The translations under genes were made by a program, and so were the position numbers. Below are positions 48,630 through 62,101 of a DNA stretch of 64,000 bases, in pieces. The stretch is from Haliotis rufescens (lineage: Eukaryota): NCBI RefSeq assembly GCF_023055435.1, contig NW_025963802.1, positions 2,480,001 through 2,544,000 on the forward strand, given 5' to 3'. The notes below the pieces were generated by a model. The model was not told the DNA's origin. It searched no databases and saw nothing but the letters and a program-made list of their open reading frames with translations. Every line of letters begins with the position of its first letter. Position 1 is the first letter of the stretch.

Positions 48630-48830
48630 GATACCAATGACAGCATCGCGCACTGACTTAACCCACTCTGAAACACATTCAACAGGTTCCTCTTCTCTTC
48701 TGGCCCATTTATTGGCATATTCGTCGACAGCATCCATAATGATTTTACTCAAACCCAAATATAAGAATATATACCTGATATGCCAGTCCACGTGGCAATG
48801 TACAGGGCCATGTAAAATCGTGGACAATCA
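48630..48830 (-). mobile_element. Retroelement ORF fragment (resembles molluscan Penelope-like RT-associated ORF)
   Basis: KIIMDAVDEYANKWARREEEPVECVSEWVKSVR resembles a motif recalled upstream of RT domains in mollusc retroelements; not verified by search. Confidence 0.45.
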
Positions 48831-49439
48831 ACATGAATAAATGATGTCAAAAAAAATAATCAAAAAAATATCCATTATGATTTTAGAAGTTGTGATCCCA
48901 ATTGGTGTATCGTTTTAAGGATCCTCACAGACAGGGAGAACCTACGACAGTAATATACGATATTCCTTGGCTATCAAATAGCAAGTAAGCCACAACGCAT
49001 CAAGGCGTTTCTTATGCGTTGTGTTTTGGGGTTCCACCAACGTGGTTAACGTCTCCGTCTGCAATACTCAGGATGTTTCCTCCACAGTGAGCTGACACGC
49101 CGGGAAAATGCAAACACTGTTTAAACCCGCGTCAACTTCAACTCATTCTAATGCGTAGTTTTCCAATATGATGTTATTTTCGTGTCACCATTTGTCTTTA
49201 ATTTTTAGTTGTCCCTTTTGGTGCCATTTCTTGACCAACCCCGCTAGTAATAGATCATAAGCGTTCAGGTGAAAACTGAAAATATGTCAATGCCCCGTGT
49301 CAACAAATACAAAAGGATATCTTCAAGTACATGCTTCGCCCAAATCAAATTAACTTTCCTGTTGACCCAAATAAGATCTAGCTTGTTGGTACAAACAACA
49401 CTAATATTTAAGTGCTGTTAAACTACATAGTCTGTGCAC

Positions 49440-50091
49440 CAATCCTTGTAGATTATTACACATTGTCACCTGTGTACCTTTCTATGGCCCTATCAGCCAC
49501 CACCACTGTCTTCCTCGCTTGCCCTACACAAATAATGTAACGAGCTGTCTTATTGTGCCACTGCGTACGTCTTATTTATACATCTTATCTAATATACCTC
49601 TATTCCAACATCAATTATCAGTTTATTTGATACCCCGCCTGGATTATCACTTGGTGATAATCTCCTCTCATCCCCGTATAGAAACACTGGACACACAAGC
49701 CATCACCGTCCCTCCCCAAGCTGGAGCGCTGGTAACTCACGAGGTGCTAGCTTCCTATAATTGCTCCGTTTTAGGCTGGATTTGTTGTTACAGAGTTTCA
49801 GTGGCTGTTTAACTCCCAATAAAGTAATTAATCTGATTAATACATCACGTTTTTCACAAAGCTATATTTGAAAAAGAGGTTGCAGTGAAATTCCATTACT
49901 CACAATGTTCCTTGTTCTTTCAGCGCCAGTGTCAACCAAACACCTACATTCCCATGCTACACCCAGACTACGCCAGTCAGCTACGTCACTTCCGGTCCAA
50001 GTCCAAGTCGAACAAGACCACAAAAAACAGATACTTGCGGAGTCGATGTTTAGAAATTGATGTTTCACCGCCTAAATTTTCACTCATGTAA
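49440..50091 (+). pseudogene. CDC25: Cdc25 copy 3: upstream promoter region fused to the last intron; only the last exon (49924-50091) remains
   Basis: Junction AAAGTAATTA|ATCTGATTAA at 49830/49831 joins equivalents of about 34142 and about 36445 (about 2.3 kb deleted). The exon reads [16 protein letters not shown]...PPKFSLM*. Confidence 0.92.
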
Positions 50092-50365
50092 TAATGACAT
50101 CATTTACATATCACTTTTGACATTGTTGACATGGTTGATATTATTACATTGTTATGTATCTTTTGTTGATTGATCTCTGCATTTTAGTGCTGATTGTCTA
50201 TGTTCTCTAAAACCGAAATAAAAGTTTCAATGTACGCATATATTTCTTCTTTTCCCGAGCATTCCAGCTATCAATTCACAAAGGTGGTCACTCAAACATA
50301 CAACTAAAACTACTAGCAACGTATGCAATCTGTCTTTTGGGATGTTTCTACAACAAACAGTCCAG

Positions 50366-50472
50366 GACCCACTTGCACAAAGCGATCTTAGCGCTAAGAT
50401 GATTGTAACTCCCATACTTTAACATAGGCTTACGATAGTCTTAGCGCTAAGATCGCTTTGTGCAAGTGGTCC
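50366..50472. mobile_element. About 110-bp palindromic MITE
   Basis: Arms CCACTTGCACAAAGCGATCTTAGCGCTAAGA, flanked by CAG on both sides and absent from paralogous 3' flanks. A half copy is at about 14565-14640. Confidence 0.8.
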
Positions 50473-51448
50473 CAGGAAACATTCATAACATTTCTGACAC
50501 AAATGTGACCTATCAGTGACAAAACTGATGTCCGATGCAATTCCCTATCTTGACTTGTACAATATGTTCATTGTTTTTTTAGGTGACCAATGACTTGCCT
50601 TTGCATGTGTTTGTGTCAGGTGTCACTGGTGGGGTAGGATACGTACCTCTTTTAGCAAACAACTGGTATCTTCACTATTTGATAGTTATTCATGAACACA
50701 TGCTCATGATGTACTAGTTGTTAGATCGTACAATCGACTGTTCTTTCGGCAGAGATTTCTTATGGTAATGGAACTGTTTTTGACGCTTGTATTGATCTAA
50801 AATGGGAGAGACAAGGTATATGACAACCTCCTTTATGTATTCAATATGTAATCTAAATGTGTAAGTATTATTAGTAATTACCAATTACCCCAAGTAAATA
50901 ATACAAATTCAAAATGCATGCCTCTCCATCCTGAACTGTGATGTGGCTGAACTTGATCTACATCGCGATCCCTCGTCCCTACTGTCAATATGGCTCCCAT
51001 GGTTGTTGTTGTCCAGTCATAACATCTCGTGGAATAATTCAACACTAAGTGTATTATATCTTTATTTACAGTACTGAAAAGGTCAAAGGCCTATAGTATA
51101 CATATACATACAGTAGGAATGGGACTGATGTGGTTTTATAGATGGTGAGTCTGTGAGTTTACCTGGACGCCCCTTTTATTAATATTCCAGCTATATCACC
51201 GCGTGTCAGCTTAATGTGGGAGGAAAGCTCGAGGTAATGTAGACCATAGACGTTAACCACTTTTGGGAAACCTATAGGCACGGATATGGTGTTGACAAAC
51301 ATAGAAACACAATCAGGGCGTTATTCCATCGTGCGTAAAAAGGAAAATAGCGGTGGAAATTATATGAATGAATAACCGAAAATGAGTAATGAGCCACGCT
51401 GAATGTTATGAACGGCTGATTACATTTGTAATGCGTTACATGCCATTT

Positions 51449-52570
51449 GAAACCTCACGCTGCGCGTTCGGTTCCAAATTCAATTTAGCGCGGTTAAACC
51501 TACAGGTAACCTAGCTCTACATTGAAAACACAGTATGTTTGTCTCCTAATTCTACCCCGAATATGGTAAATACTCGATTTTTATTGGTTAATCGGGGGTA
51601 TCAAATCCCAATGAACTCCCTCTGATTGAAACAGCCGATTTGACGGCCTCATCACCGCGGAAGTTAATATTTATAGACAAGTACTTCTTTTACAGTCATT
51701 GTAGGTGGGGGTATTTTAATAATGATATGAACGATTATATGCTACAAATGCAAAGTTGCGGTTACTACGATATTCCAAGTATGTGTGGCAATATTTTCAA
51801 GCAGAGAACACAAATCTGCAAAGAGAATGTATTTCAAGCTACGAGGATAACAGAGAGCTTGCTATTTCACGCTTTTCTTTCTACGACCTAGACTTCATAA
51901 CCTTCATAACCACAATGAACTATATGATGTCATAAGGGTCATAAGAACGAAATATTTTCAAGGCTTGCTTTTCTTAAGGGCTGCCCACCTTCTGTTGGCT
52001 TACGAAGTTGACGTGCTACATGCTTTCAGAGCCTGTCATAAGTTTTTTTTAAAAATATTACGGGGTACACAAACTGCTTGAGCATATAGAGCGCCACATT
52101 TTGTTAAGAGGCTCTTGTCGGTGATTCCGTAAATTCTGATCGACAACCCACTGAAAACACTGGACTCAACTAATGCCGATTCACTCAATAATTTTCAAAC
52201 ACTAACGAGTTCGCGTCAGAATAGAGATAAACATACTGTTTTCAATGTAGAGCTAGATTACCTATAGATTTAACCGCGCCAAATTTAACACTCTGTCATG
52301 AATTTGGAAAATACTCGATTTTGATTGGATAATCAGGGGTATCAAATCGCAGAAAAGCCCCTCTGATTGAAACAGCCGATTTGACAGCCGCATCTCCACG
52401 GAAGCTGATATTTTTAGAATAGTACTTCTTTTACTGTCATTGTTGGTATCCTTATTTAAATATGAAACCTCACGCTGCGCGTTCGGTTCCAAATTCCATT
52501 TAGCGCGGTTAAACCTACAGGTAACCTAGCTCTACATTGAAATCACAGTATGTTTATCTCCTAATTCTTT
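51449..52570. mobile_element. Composite non-autonomous DNA element with long inverted and direct repeats
   Basis: 51449-51555 repeats directly at 52465-52570, and 52220-52420 is inverted relative to 51490-51700. Related sequence is at about 12470-13010 and 61055-61135. Confidence 0.65.
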
Positions 52571-52963
52571 CAGGTCAGGGATTTATTAGTCTCCTGTTTA
52601 GTTTTACAAGGTAAGTTTAACATTTATCTAGACTGATTATTCTCTTGCTTTAACAATTAAATATGTATTTGCTTTTTCCCGTTATACTTAGTCTATAAAG
52701 TGTGAACTCTTCCTATCGTGAATTATCGAGGAAGTGGTTTGATCAGGAAACGATCGATCGCTTTTTTGTAAATCAACTTGAATAATATGATAAATTGAAT
52801 ACTTAACGACGTTTTTCAAACACCTTGTCTATCCCATTTACTTATCCCCATTTATGTCAAATAAAAGCGACTAAAACATTTCCATAACTATAAGAAATCT
52901 CTGCCAGTAGCAGAGTCGATTGTACGATTCCGACGATATCACGAGCATGTGTTCATAAATAGC

Positions 52964-53228
52964 TTGTTTGTTTTGTTTGTTTGTTGTTTAACGCCGCATT
53001 CAGTAATATTCCAGCTATATGACGGCGGTCTGTAAATAATCGAGTCTAGACCAGACAATACAGTGATTGATATCATGAGCATCGATCTACGCAAATGGGA
53101 AACGACGACATGCATCAACCAAGTCAGCGAGCCTGACCACCCGATCCCGTTAGTCGCCTCTTAAGACAAGCACAGTCTCCTTTTACGGCAAGCATGGGTT
53201 GCTGATGACCCCGGATCCTCACGGGTTT
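52964..53228 (-). mobile_element. Short retroposon, family B
   Basis: Colinear with 7078-7341; TSD approximately TATTYATGAA, with the empty site at about 50687. Confidence 0.85.
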
Positions 53229-53691
53229 CATGAATATCTATCAAATAGTGATGATACCAGATGTTTCCTGAAAGAGGTGCGTACAAGTAGCACCTGTCAC
53301 AAACACATGCAAATCAAGTCAATTGTTCACCTGAAACACCACGTGAACATATGGTACAAGTCAAGATAGGGAATTGCATCGGACATAATTTTTGTCACTG
53401 ATGTTTTAAAGAAATATTATAAATAGTACCTGAAGTATGTGCTGTTCAAACGTCCAAAAGCCGGATTGCATATGCTTATAGTACGTTAATGCGTGACCAC
53501 CTTTGAGAATTGATAGCTGGAACGCTTGGAAAAGAAGAAATATGTGCGTACATTGAAACTTTTATTTCTGTTTTAGAGAACATAGACAATCAGCACAAAA
53601 ATGCAGAGATCAATCAACAAGAAATACATAACAATGTAATAATATCAACAATGTCAACAATGTCAAAAGTGATCTGTAAATGATGTCATTA

Positions 53692-55833
53692 TTACATGAG
53701 TGAAAATTTAGGCGGTGAAACATCAATTTCTAAACGTAGACTCTGCAAGTATCTGTTTTTCACAGTCTTGTTCGACTTGGACTTGGACCGGAAATGACGT
53801 AGCTGACTGGCGTAGTCCAGGTGTAGCATGGGAACGTAAGTGTTTGGTTGACACTGGCGCTGAAAGAACAAGGAACATTGTCAGTAACTGAATTTCACTG
53901 CAACCTCTTTTTCAAATACAGCTTTTTGAAATATGTGACGTAATAATCAGATCAAGAACTATACATATGTTGTTTCTAAGTTTCACTGACATAATTACAA
54001 TGATTAAAACTGTCTGTAAGTGAAATGTGAACGCACCTGATGTTGTTCATAGAAGGCCTTGTAACCGCCATCCAGCAGGTACACTTCCGGGTAGAAGAGG
54101 AACGGGTAGCGGTCACTGTTCAACTTCCGGTCTAAACTACGCAGATGGCGTAATCTGGATTTAAGAATTTTGCATCAGTTGAGTAACATCTTGGTATGAA
54201 CTGTATATAATAGCATAAAATTGTGTATCACCTAAAAACATTTATAATTCTTAGTTCATTACCTTGGCTTGGTCAAGAATCGAGGACATTTTTAACCAGT
54301 TAAACATTACTCGTCAGGGTCTAACGAAAAAGAATGTTTCAAAAGCGCTTCCACGACTTACAGTTTGGGTGCTCTCTCTGACGAGAATTCACAGTGGAAG
54401 ACGAGGATGTTCCGTTCAGTCGACTCCCTCCCCTGTAGGCTGGTGACTAACTCCTTGATTTGAGCCTCGTTGTGGAGATTTATGGCACCCTGTAAGAACC
54501 ATAATCATAGGAATGAAAATATATACAAAATGTTTTGTGAACGGTATCAGGAATATTTAGGATCGTTACAGATTAGTCATTGCATCATTCTCGTCTTAAT
54601 CATCAACAAAAAACGTTTATTTACCTCAATATGACCACCCTCATATTCATACGGGTATCGACAGTCGATGATCTGGTACCCGGAAATGACGTCATTGTAT
54701 TTGCCGGTGAGAAGGTGATTGACTGTGCGTGGAGACACTGACTTGAGATCCTTGTGTCGGCCTGTGATGGTCGGGAGTCTGTGACACTGGATAAAAAATA
54801 ATGAATTGAGTATGCAATAAAACACGACATGACACGAAATAATGAGAGTCAGATCCCGTTGACCATTTCAGAATAATTTCAAAATATGAACATGTCTTGA
54901 ACGAGCAACGAATAGTGTGTAGACACGTGTGTGGTTTATTAATATTTGCCATACATAATTTTTTACCTCTGAGCCATCGCCAATCAGGTTGATTTCCGCC
55001 TCCATCTTATCCAGCGCTGATTTCATGGATTCGGGGGATTCAGAAATACATAGCTCTCCCTGATGCTCCGTGACTTCATCCAATCTAGATCTTTTTGTCA
55101 CAGGACTTTCATCCCCATCATGTGGTCGTTTTGATGAGAATAAAGATTTTCGAACTGAACTGAAGTCGGTGATTGTTCTACTCGACCGAAAACAGTTGAG
55201 CGGAGATCCCTGGAAAAAAAGAGATCGCAAATATCTTCATACTTGTAATAGGAAATTTGTTTTGTTTGTTTACTGTTCAGGGTCGCACTCAGACTTATAT
55301 CAGCTATTTGACGGCGAACTATAAACAATCGTGTTTGAACCAGACAATCTAGTGAATTAAAATTGAGAAACAATACATGCCGTCGGGGTATGATGACGCA
55401 ATCAGCCAAATCACCGAATCTGATCATCGATCCATTTTGGTCGCCCTAAGACCAGGATAGGTAGCTGGGGGCCTAATCTAACCCGGACTCCCCAGGATCA
55501 TATATTAGGAAATACTACGATGCATTGTGAAGGTGCATTGTCTGTTCAGTTCTTGGTAAATAAATCTATGAGTATCACGTGTTTATCCACATCTGGTGAA
55601 CACTAAAAGCATGGTATGTTGTTCTGTGGAAATAGCAACACTGTCGGGATATTTACCTCAGTATCACTCCCGTGAGATTCGAAACCGCTGTCACGTGAGT
55701 CATCATCGTCGTCGAAAGTGAGGCTACGAGGCAATACACAAGCATCTTCGTGAATACCCAGAATACCCAATGTCACGTGATTGGGACTATCAAGGCAAAG
55801 CATGTTCATCCGGGACACTGGAGAGGGGGTCAT
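53692..55833 (-). CDS. CDC25: Cdc25 phosphatase, copy 4, intact, 331 aa
   Basis: Exons 55833-55657, 55209-54967, 54786-54625, 54489-54362, 54154-54037 and 53859-53692 have the same lengths as copy 1; [10 protein letters not shown] is intact. Confidence 0.95.
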
Positions 55834-57332
55834 TTTAAACTGAAAATAATAATTATATTGTTATGAAATTGAGTCATGATACATATCGATGAATGAAGAA
55901 ACTAAATATATGCCACTGTGCAACAATGCATACTGGACTGTACTACAACAGATATGTGATGTGAATTAGTGATTGTCCTCTGTATCCTATGGGTTGTGTT
56001 GATGGATATTAACAAGCATGATCTGACTGTTGGTGAAACATTACAACGTCTTCAATAAAGATGAATCCTTAAATGAAGATACAAAATATAGGTAACAATA
56101 AAGCTGGAACAGCATTTCAGAAACGTAAGTGATGAGTTGAAGGTATTTAACAACCATGATCTGACTGTTGGTGAAACATTACAACGTCTTCAATAAAGAT
56201 GAATCCTTACCTGTAGTGTCTGTCTTCCTGTTTGACAAAAAGTGTGAGTTTTCTTGTAGTGACTGCCCCTGCGTCAGATACAACCGTAGCTAGATAATGA
56301 TGTCCCCTGCAGCCTCCCATACTGTATATATACCTATACACTATCAATGACCTGATTACATATACAAACTACTTAACAGCTACTGCACACTACCGCTAAC
56401 ACTTCTGGCTAATTACTTTATTGGGAGTTAAACAGCCACTGAAATTCTGTAACAACAAATCCAGCCTAAAACGGAGCAATTATAGGAAGCTAGCACCTCG
56501 TGAGTTACCAGCGCTCCAGCTTGGGGAGGGACGGTGATGGCTTGTGTGTCCAGTGTTTCTATACGGGGATGAGAGGAGATTATCACCAAGTGATAATCCA
56601 GGCGGGTTATCAAATAAACCGATAATTGATGTTGGAATACAGGTATATTAGATAAGAGGTATAAATTAGACGTACGCAGTGGAACAATAAGACAGCTCGT
56701 TACATTATTTGTGTAGGACAAGCGAGGAAGACAGTGGTGGTGGCTGATGGGGCCATAGAAAGGTACACAGGTGACAATGTGTAATAATCTACAAGGATTG
56801 GTGCACAGATTATGTAGTTAGCAACACTTAAATATTATAAGTGTTGTTTGTACCAACAAACTGAACCAGTCAAGGAGGAAGACAGTGGGAAGGCACAATG
56901 TATAGTAATTATCCGTAGGGTAATGTTGTTTTATGCAGCAGTTAGCAATATTTCAGCTAAATAACAACGGCATGTAAATAACTGTGTAGACCAGTGAAAA
57001 CAGTGGTCAAAAGCATGAGCACCGATCCATAACATAGTACCAAATACTACGTATATCTTCAGTCATCTCAAACGACATAAATATTTTATCTCCAGCTTGG
57101 TATTCTTGGTGTTTTTTTGTCTGTTACACTGAAACTGTCATCTTGATGTTTTGAATATGCATGTGTCGATAAGCTCATGTACATCCGCTGGCTGATTGAG
57201 GTTGACTGACTTTCTGACAAGAATAGGATACTGTGGACTTACTGTGTCTCGGAATCGCCAGAGGGATGTCCTACAGGTTATACAAGACAATGATGGCACA
57301 GAGCATCGACACAGTCCCTTCATAATGGGCTA

Positions 57333-57605
57333 AGGGGCACTGGTGGCCCAGTAATAAGGCGCCGCGATTCGCTGTGCTGAGTTGCTTTCCTTGGGCACGC
57401 CAGAAACCTATGATTGTTGGTTCGAATCCCGGTTAGCCCGGATATGGTTGTAGGTTTGTCAGCACCATAACCGTGCTCGTGGGTTTCACCGAAGTGGTAA
57501 ACGTCTGAGACCTGCATCACTTCGGGCTTTCCTCCCACATTATGCTGACACGCCGCGATATAACTGGAATACTGATAAAAGCGGCGTTAAACCCGACTCA
57601 CTCAC
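57333..57605 (+). mobile_element. SINE family C with tRNA-Leu-like head
   Basis: Colinear with 10922-11198; TSD AATGGGCTA. Confidence 0.87.
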
Positions 57606-58676
57606 AATGGGCTAGACTTGATTTGTAATGACACCAAATTTTGGGGGGTTAACGGGAAATTAGCGAAATTATTTTGGACGCAGCATGTGTTTGTGAATAT
57701 CTTTTAGTATTTGTTGAAACGGGACATTCAAATAATTAAAGACATCATCTGAACACTTGTCAATTACCAGCTCATTTCGTGACATGCTAAACGAAATAAC
57801 GGGGATGGTCAAGAAATGGCACCAATAGGGACAACTAAAAATTGAAGACGAATCGTGACACGAACATAACATAATGTTGGAAAACATTAGAATGAGTTGA
57901 ATTTAACGCTGGTTTAAACGGTATAATTTTAATTTTCACGGCGCGTCAGCTCAATGTAGAAGAAACATCAAGTTGCAGTCGGAGACGTCAATCACGTTGG
58001 TGTAAAACAAACACAAAACATTAGACGCTTGTTCATGCGTTTTGGCTCACTTGATATTGTATAGCCAAATAAAATATGATATTATTATGAATGTCGTAAG
58101 TTCTACCCGTCTGCAACGATCTTTTAAACGATACATTAAAGACTGTAAACTCTAAGGTCAAATTTTATTTCATGGCTGATTCAAATCCTAACATAGCTTG
58201 TTGCTGATCCATACATTTGATTCGTATGTTTGCTACAGTACTTGCAAAGTGACAGTACATGCTGACTACAGTCGTGCTGGCTGGTACATAATCACACACT
58301 GACGTAATATTAGACGGGAATTATTCAACCTTATAAGGAGGCATTTACATGCTGACTAGATTTATTTTCTATATATTTTTTTCCATATGTTGCAGCTAAT
58401 AACTTATTCTTATATTGTTTTTTTTATTCAACATGTTTTTCTTGTTTTTCTATTTGGACTTTCTATGCGTTTGTAAGCACCTGTCAGGGCTGATGGTTTT
58501 AAAAGGAACAGAGGATACATAGAGACGTTTTAGAGTGACACACTGAAGAAAATGAGAGACAATAGCGTGCTTTGTACGTGATTTAAAGTATCTCCCACCT
58601 TTTGTTTTTCAGACTAAAGTGTGCTGATGTGTGGAAGAGTATTAGTGCCACAGTCTAAAAAACATCATCTACGTAG

Positions 58677-58882
58677 NNNNNNNNNNNNNNNNNNNNNNNN
58701 NNNNNNNNNNNNNNNNNNNNNNNNNNNNNNNNNNNNNNNNNNNNNNNNNNNNNNNNNNNNNNNNNNNNNNNNNNNNNNNNNNNNNNNNNNNNNNNNNNNN
58801 NNNNNNNNNNNNNNNNNNNNNNNNNNNNNNNNNNNNNNNNNNNNNNNNNNNNNNNNNNNNNNNNNNNNNNNNNNNNNNNNNN
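58677..58882. other. Assembly gap (206 N)
   Basis: Run of n. Confidence 1.
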
Positions 58883-59519
58883 ACATTGGCTTCATTAATA
58901 ATGACCGATTTGTTTGACCTTCTGCCTTGACGTGTCTTGAATGGGGTATTATCTAAATATTGCATCAAGTCAATCTTCATTTCAATGTGTCGAAGTTCTG
59001 GAGAATGACACACGCCATACTCTCTCACAACCGTAAAAAAAGAGAGGAAAGCACAAACTGTTCTCCAAACTACAAACAAATAAACAGCTAGAGCACATTA
59101 TTCAAAACTTTAGCGAAATCATATATCAACCACAACATGTTTAAAGCCGGAGAAATATGTTGATCCTCATGATTTCTCCATGACGGAAATTAGGTTTAAG
59201 AGGTAAAACGTGAATATGAAGGGGTGAGAATCATTCAAACTACAAACCTATATCAAACCAATACTCGTCATCATCTTATAAAGCACTGAAGGTACAATTC
59301 TGCAGTTTGTGTTTTTATTTAAGCGCTATTAGTTTGACAGGTTGAAAAAACAACAACATGCTCCCAAACATTTAATTAAATTAACATTAATAAAGTAATC
59401 ACCTTAATTAAAAACATAAATGTTTGTATCCAACTAGGGTCGCAACTGCAGAAGACAATATCACTCTCAGAGTAACGATACGTACGATAATAATATCACA
59501 TACAGGGATGAACCTATCT

Positions 59520-59895
59520 TCTACGTAGATGTAAGTATCAACTACGTAGATGTAAGTATCGTCTACGTAGATGTAGGTATCGTCTACGTAGATGTAAGTA
59601 TCGTCTACGTAGATGTAGGTATCGTCTACATAGATGTAAGTTTCGTCTACATAGATGTAAGTATCAACTACGTAGATGTAAGTATCGTCTACGTAGATGT
59701 AGGTATCGTCTACGTATATGTAAGAATCATCTACGTAGATGTAAGTATTATCTACGTAGATGTAAGTATCGTCTACGTAGATGTAGGTATCGTCTACGTA
59801 GATGTAAGTATCGTCTACGTAGATGTAGGTATCGTCTACGTAGATGTAAGTATCGTCTACGTAGATGTAAGTATCGTCTACGTAGATGTAGGTAT
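59520..59895. repeat. 21-bp tandem repeat (TCTACGTAGATGTARGTATCG), about 18 copies
   Basis: Directly visible; contains the palindrome TCTACGTAGA. The same motif abuts the left edge of the gap. Confidence 0.97.
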
Positions 59896-61717
59896 AATAC
59901 TAATACGCTTCCATACTGATAAATCAAAACTCATTGTTAAGGCTTTGCATTGGAATCTGTTTCGAGAGACAATATAGACTGACTGTTCTCTAGCGTTGAC
60001 GTTATATATTTCATTTCACTGATAGGAGGACAACAAGGAGAAAGAGTCTTTCGTGCTTAGTTTTACATACCTGCATTGCAGACAGTGAGAAACTACAGTG
60101 CTGAAATACCTTTAAATTTTAGAAAGTAATTACTTTCAAAATCATCCACTTCTGCATTAAATAACGACTTTCCCTAATTCGCCGACCTTGAGCACACTGT
60201 ATTTGGCATTCAAAAAAATCCTATTCATGGTAATTGATAACAGTATATTTTTGAATATTTAAAACTGTGCACTGTCACACTAAAAGTAAAAGAAAAGTTA
60301 AAATTTGTCATTAATACTTTTTCAAATATTTTGTCTTGAGTGAATATATATATTTAATCCAAGAAGAATGTCATCGTGAAGCAGGTACAGACAGTGCCAA
60401 CCTACCGGGAAATACCTTTGGCCAGGGACATGTCAGAGGTAGGTATATACCAGAACTCGAAACTAAAACTTAGTGTTACTATCAAGTCGGGCTAAATGGG
60501 GCACTTACGGAGTGATTGTAATCGTAGCTGATCTGGGAAAACTTGGATAAAGAAATTATGAGAATTTGGAATTTCCCTGGAGAGAATTGAATACTTAACG
60601 TATGCCATCATTACTGTCACCCTCTCCACTGTCATCACATCTGGCGGAATAATTTAATGCTAATTGTATTCAATCTTTATTTCAGTACTGAAAAAGGTCA
60701 AAGGCCTATAGTACACACATACATACAATAGCAATGGGATTGATGTGGCTTCCGTATATGGTGAGTCTGTGAGTTTGACCGAACGCCGCTTTTACCAGTA
60801 TTCCGGCTATATCACCATGTGTCAGCTTAATGTGAGTAACACTCGAGGTAATGCAGGCCATGGACGTTAACCACTTTGGTGAAACCTACAAGCACGGATA
60901 TGGTGTTGACAAACATAAATATAACCAGGGCGTTATTCCATCCTACAGAATAGCAGTAACAATTATATGAATGGATCAGTGAAAATGAGTAATGACGCCG
61001 CGCTGAATGTTATGAAAGTCTGATTAGCTTTGTAATGCATTACAATCCATTTGAAGCCTCATGCTGCGCGTTCAGTTCCAAATACAATTTAGCGCGGTTA
61101 AACCTACAGGTAACCTAGCTCTACATTGAAAAGTAGATTACATTGACAGAATGTTCTACCAGGTCAGGGATATATTAGTCTTCTGTTTAGTGTATCAAGT
61201 AAGTTAACATATATCTGGACTGCTATATCCCGTTATATTTAGTCTGTAAAGTATGAACCACTCCTCTGTCGTACGTGAATTATCGAGGAAGTGGTTTGGT
61301 CAGGAAAGTGTTAATCACTTTGTTGTTAAGCAACTTGCATTATCTATCCCATTTTACATAAATACAAACGACAAAAACATTTCCATAACCACACGAAATC
61401 TCTGCCAGTAGCAGAGACGATTGTACGATTCCGACTATATCACGAGCATGTGTTCACGAATAGCTGATGATATCAGTTGTTATAGTGATGATATCAGTTG
61501 TTTTCTAAAAGAGGTGCGTATCCTGCCCCACCAGTGGCACATGTCAAAAACACATGCAAAGGCATGTCGATTGTTCACCTGAAACACCACGTGAACATAT
61601 GGTACAAGTCAAGATGGGGAATTGCATTGGACATAATGTTTGTCACTGATGCGTCACATTTGCGTCAGAAATCTTATGAAAGTTTCCTTAAGTGTTTGTT
61701 GTATAAACATCCAAAAC

Positions 61718-61858
61718 GAGTGAGTGAGTGAGTGTGGTTTTACGCCGCCTTTAGCAATATTCCAGCAATAAAAGGGCGGGGGACACCATGCGGGAATCGA
61801 ACCCGGGTCTTCAGCGTGACGAGTGAACGCTTTAACCACTAGGCTACCCGACCACCCG
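61718..61858 (-). mobile_element. SINE family A, internally deleted
   Basis: TSD ACATCCAAAA. Confidence 0.85.
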
Positions 61859-62101
61859 ACATCCAAAAAGACAGGTTTCATATAATGATAGTAAATTAAT
61901 GCGTGACCATCTTTGAGAATTGATAACTGGAACGCTTGGAAAAGAAGAAATATATGCGTACATCAAAACTTTTATTTCGGTTTTAGATAACATAGACAAT
62001 CAGCACTAAAATGCAGAGAACGATCAACAAAAGATACATAACAATGTAATAATATCAACAATATCAACAAAGTCAAAAGTGATCTGTAAATGATGTCACT
62101 A

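Larger units (their letters stand above)
58629..59916. mobile_element. TIR DNA element with subterminal tandem repeats (foldback-like), spanning the assembly gap
   Basis: Left GTGTGGAAGAGTATTAGT matches the inverse of right ACTAATACGCTTCCATAC at 16/18. The 4-bp TSD TGAT is at 58625-58628 and 59917-59920. The element interrupts the Cdc25 spacer sequence. Confidence 0.7.

Noticed and set aside
59438-59530. Possible 93-nt exon ending at GAT|GTAAGT, which would make the 21-bp satellite a third donor-anchored array (it shares AGATGTAAGTAT with the ZDHHC16 repeat)
   Set aside because: The peptide is unrecognisable, no partner exons were found, and the satellite is better explained as the subterminal repeat of a TIR element.
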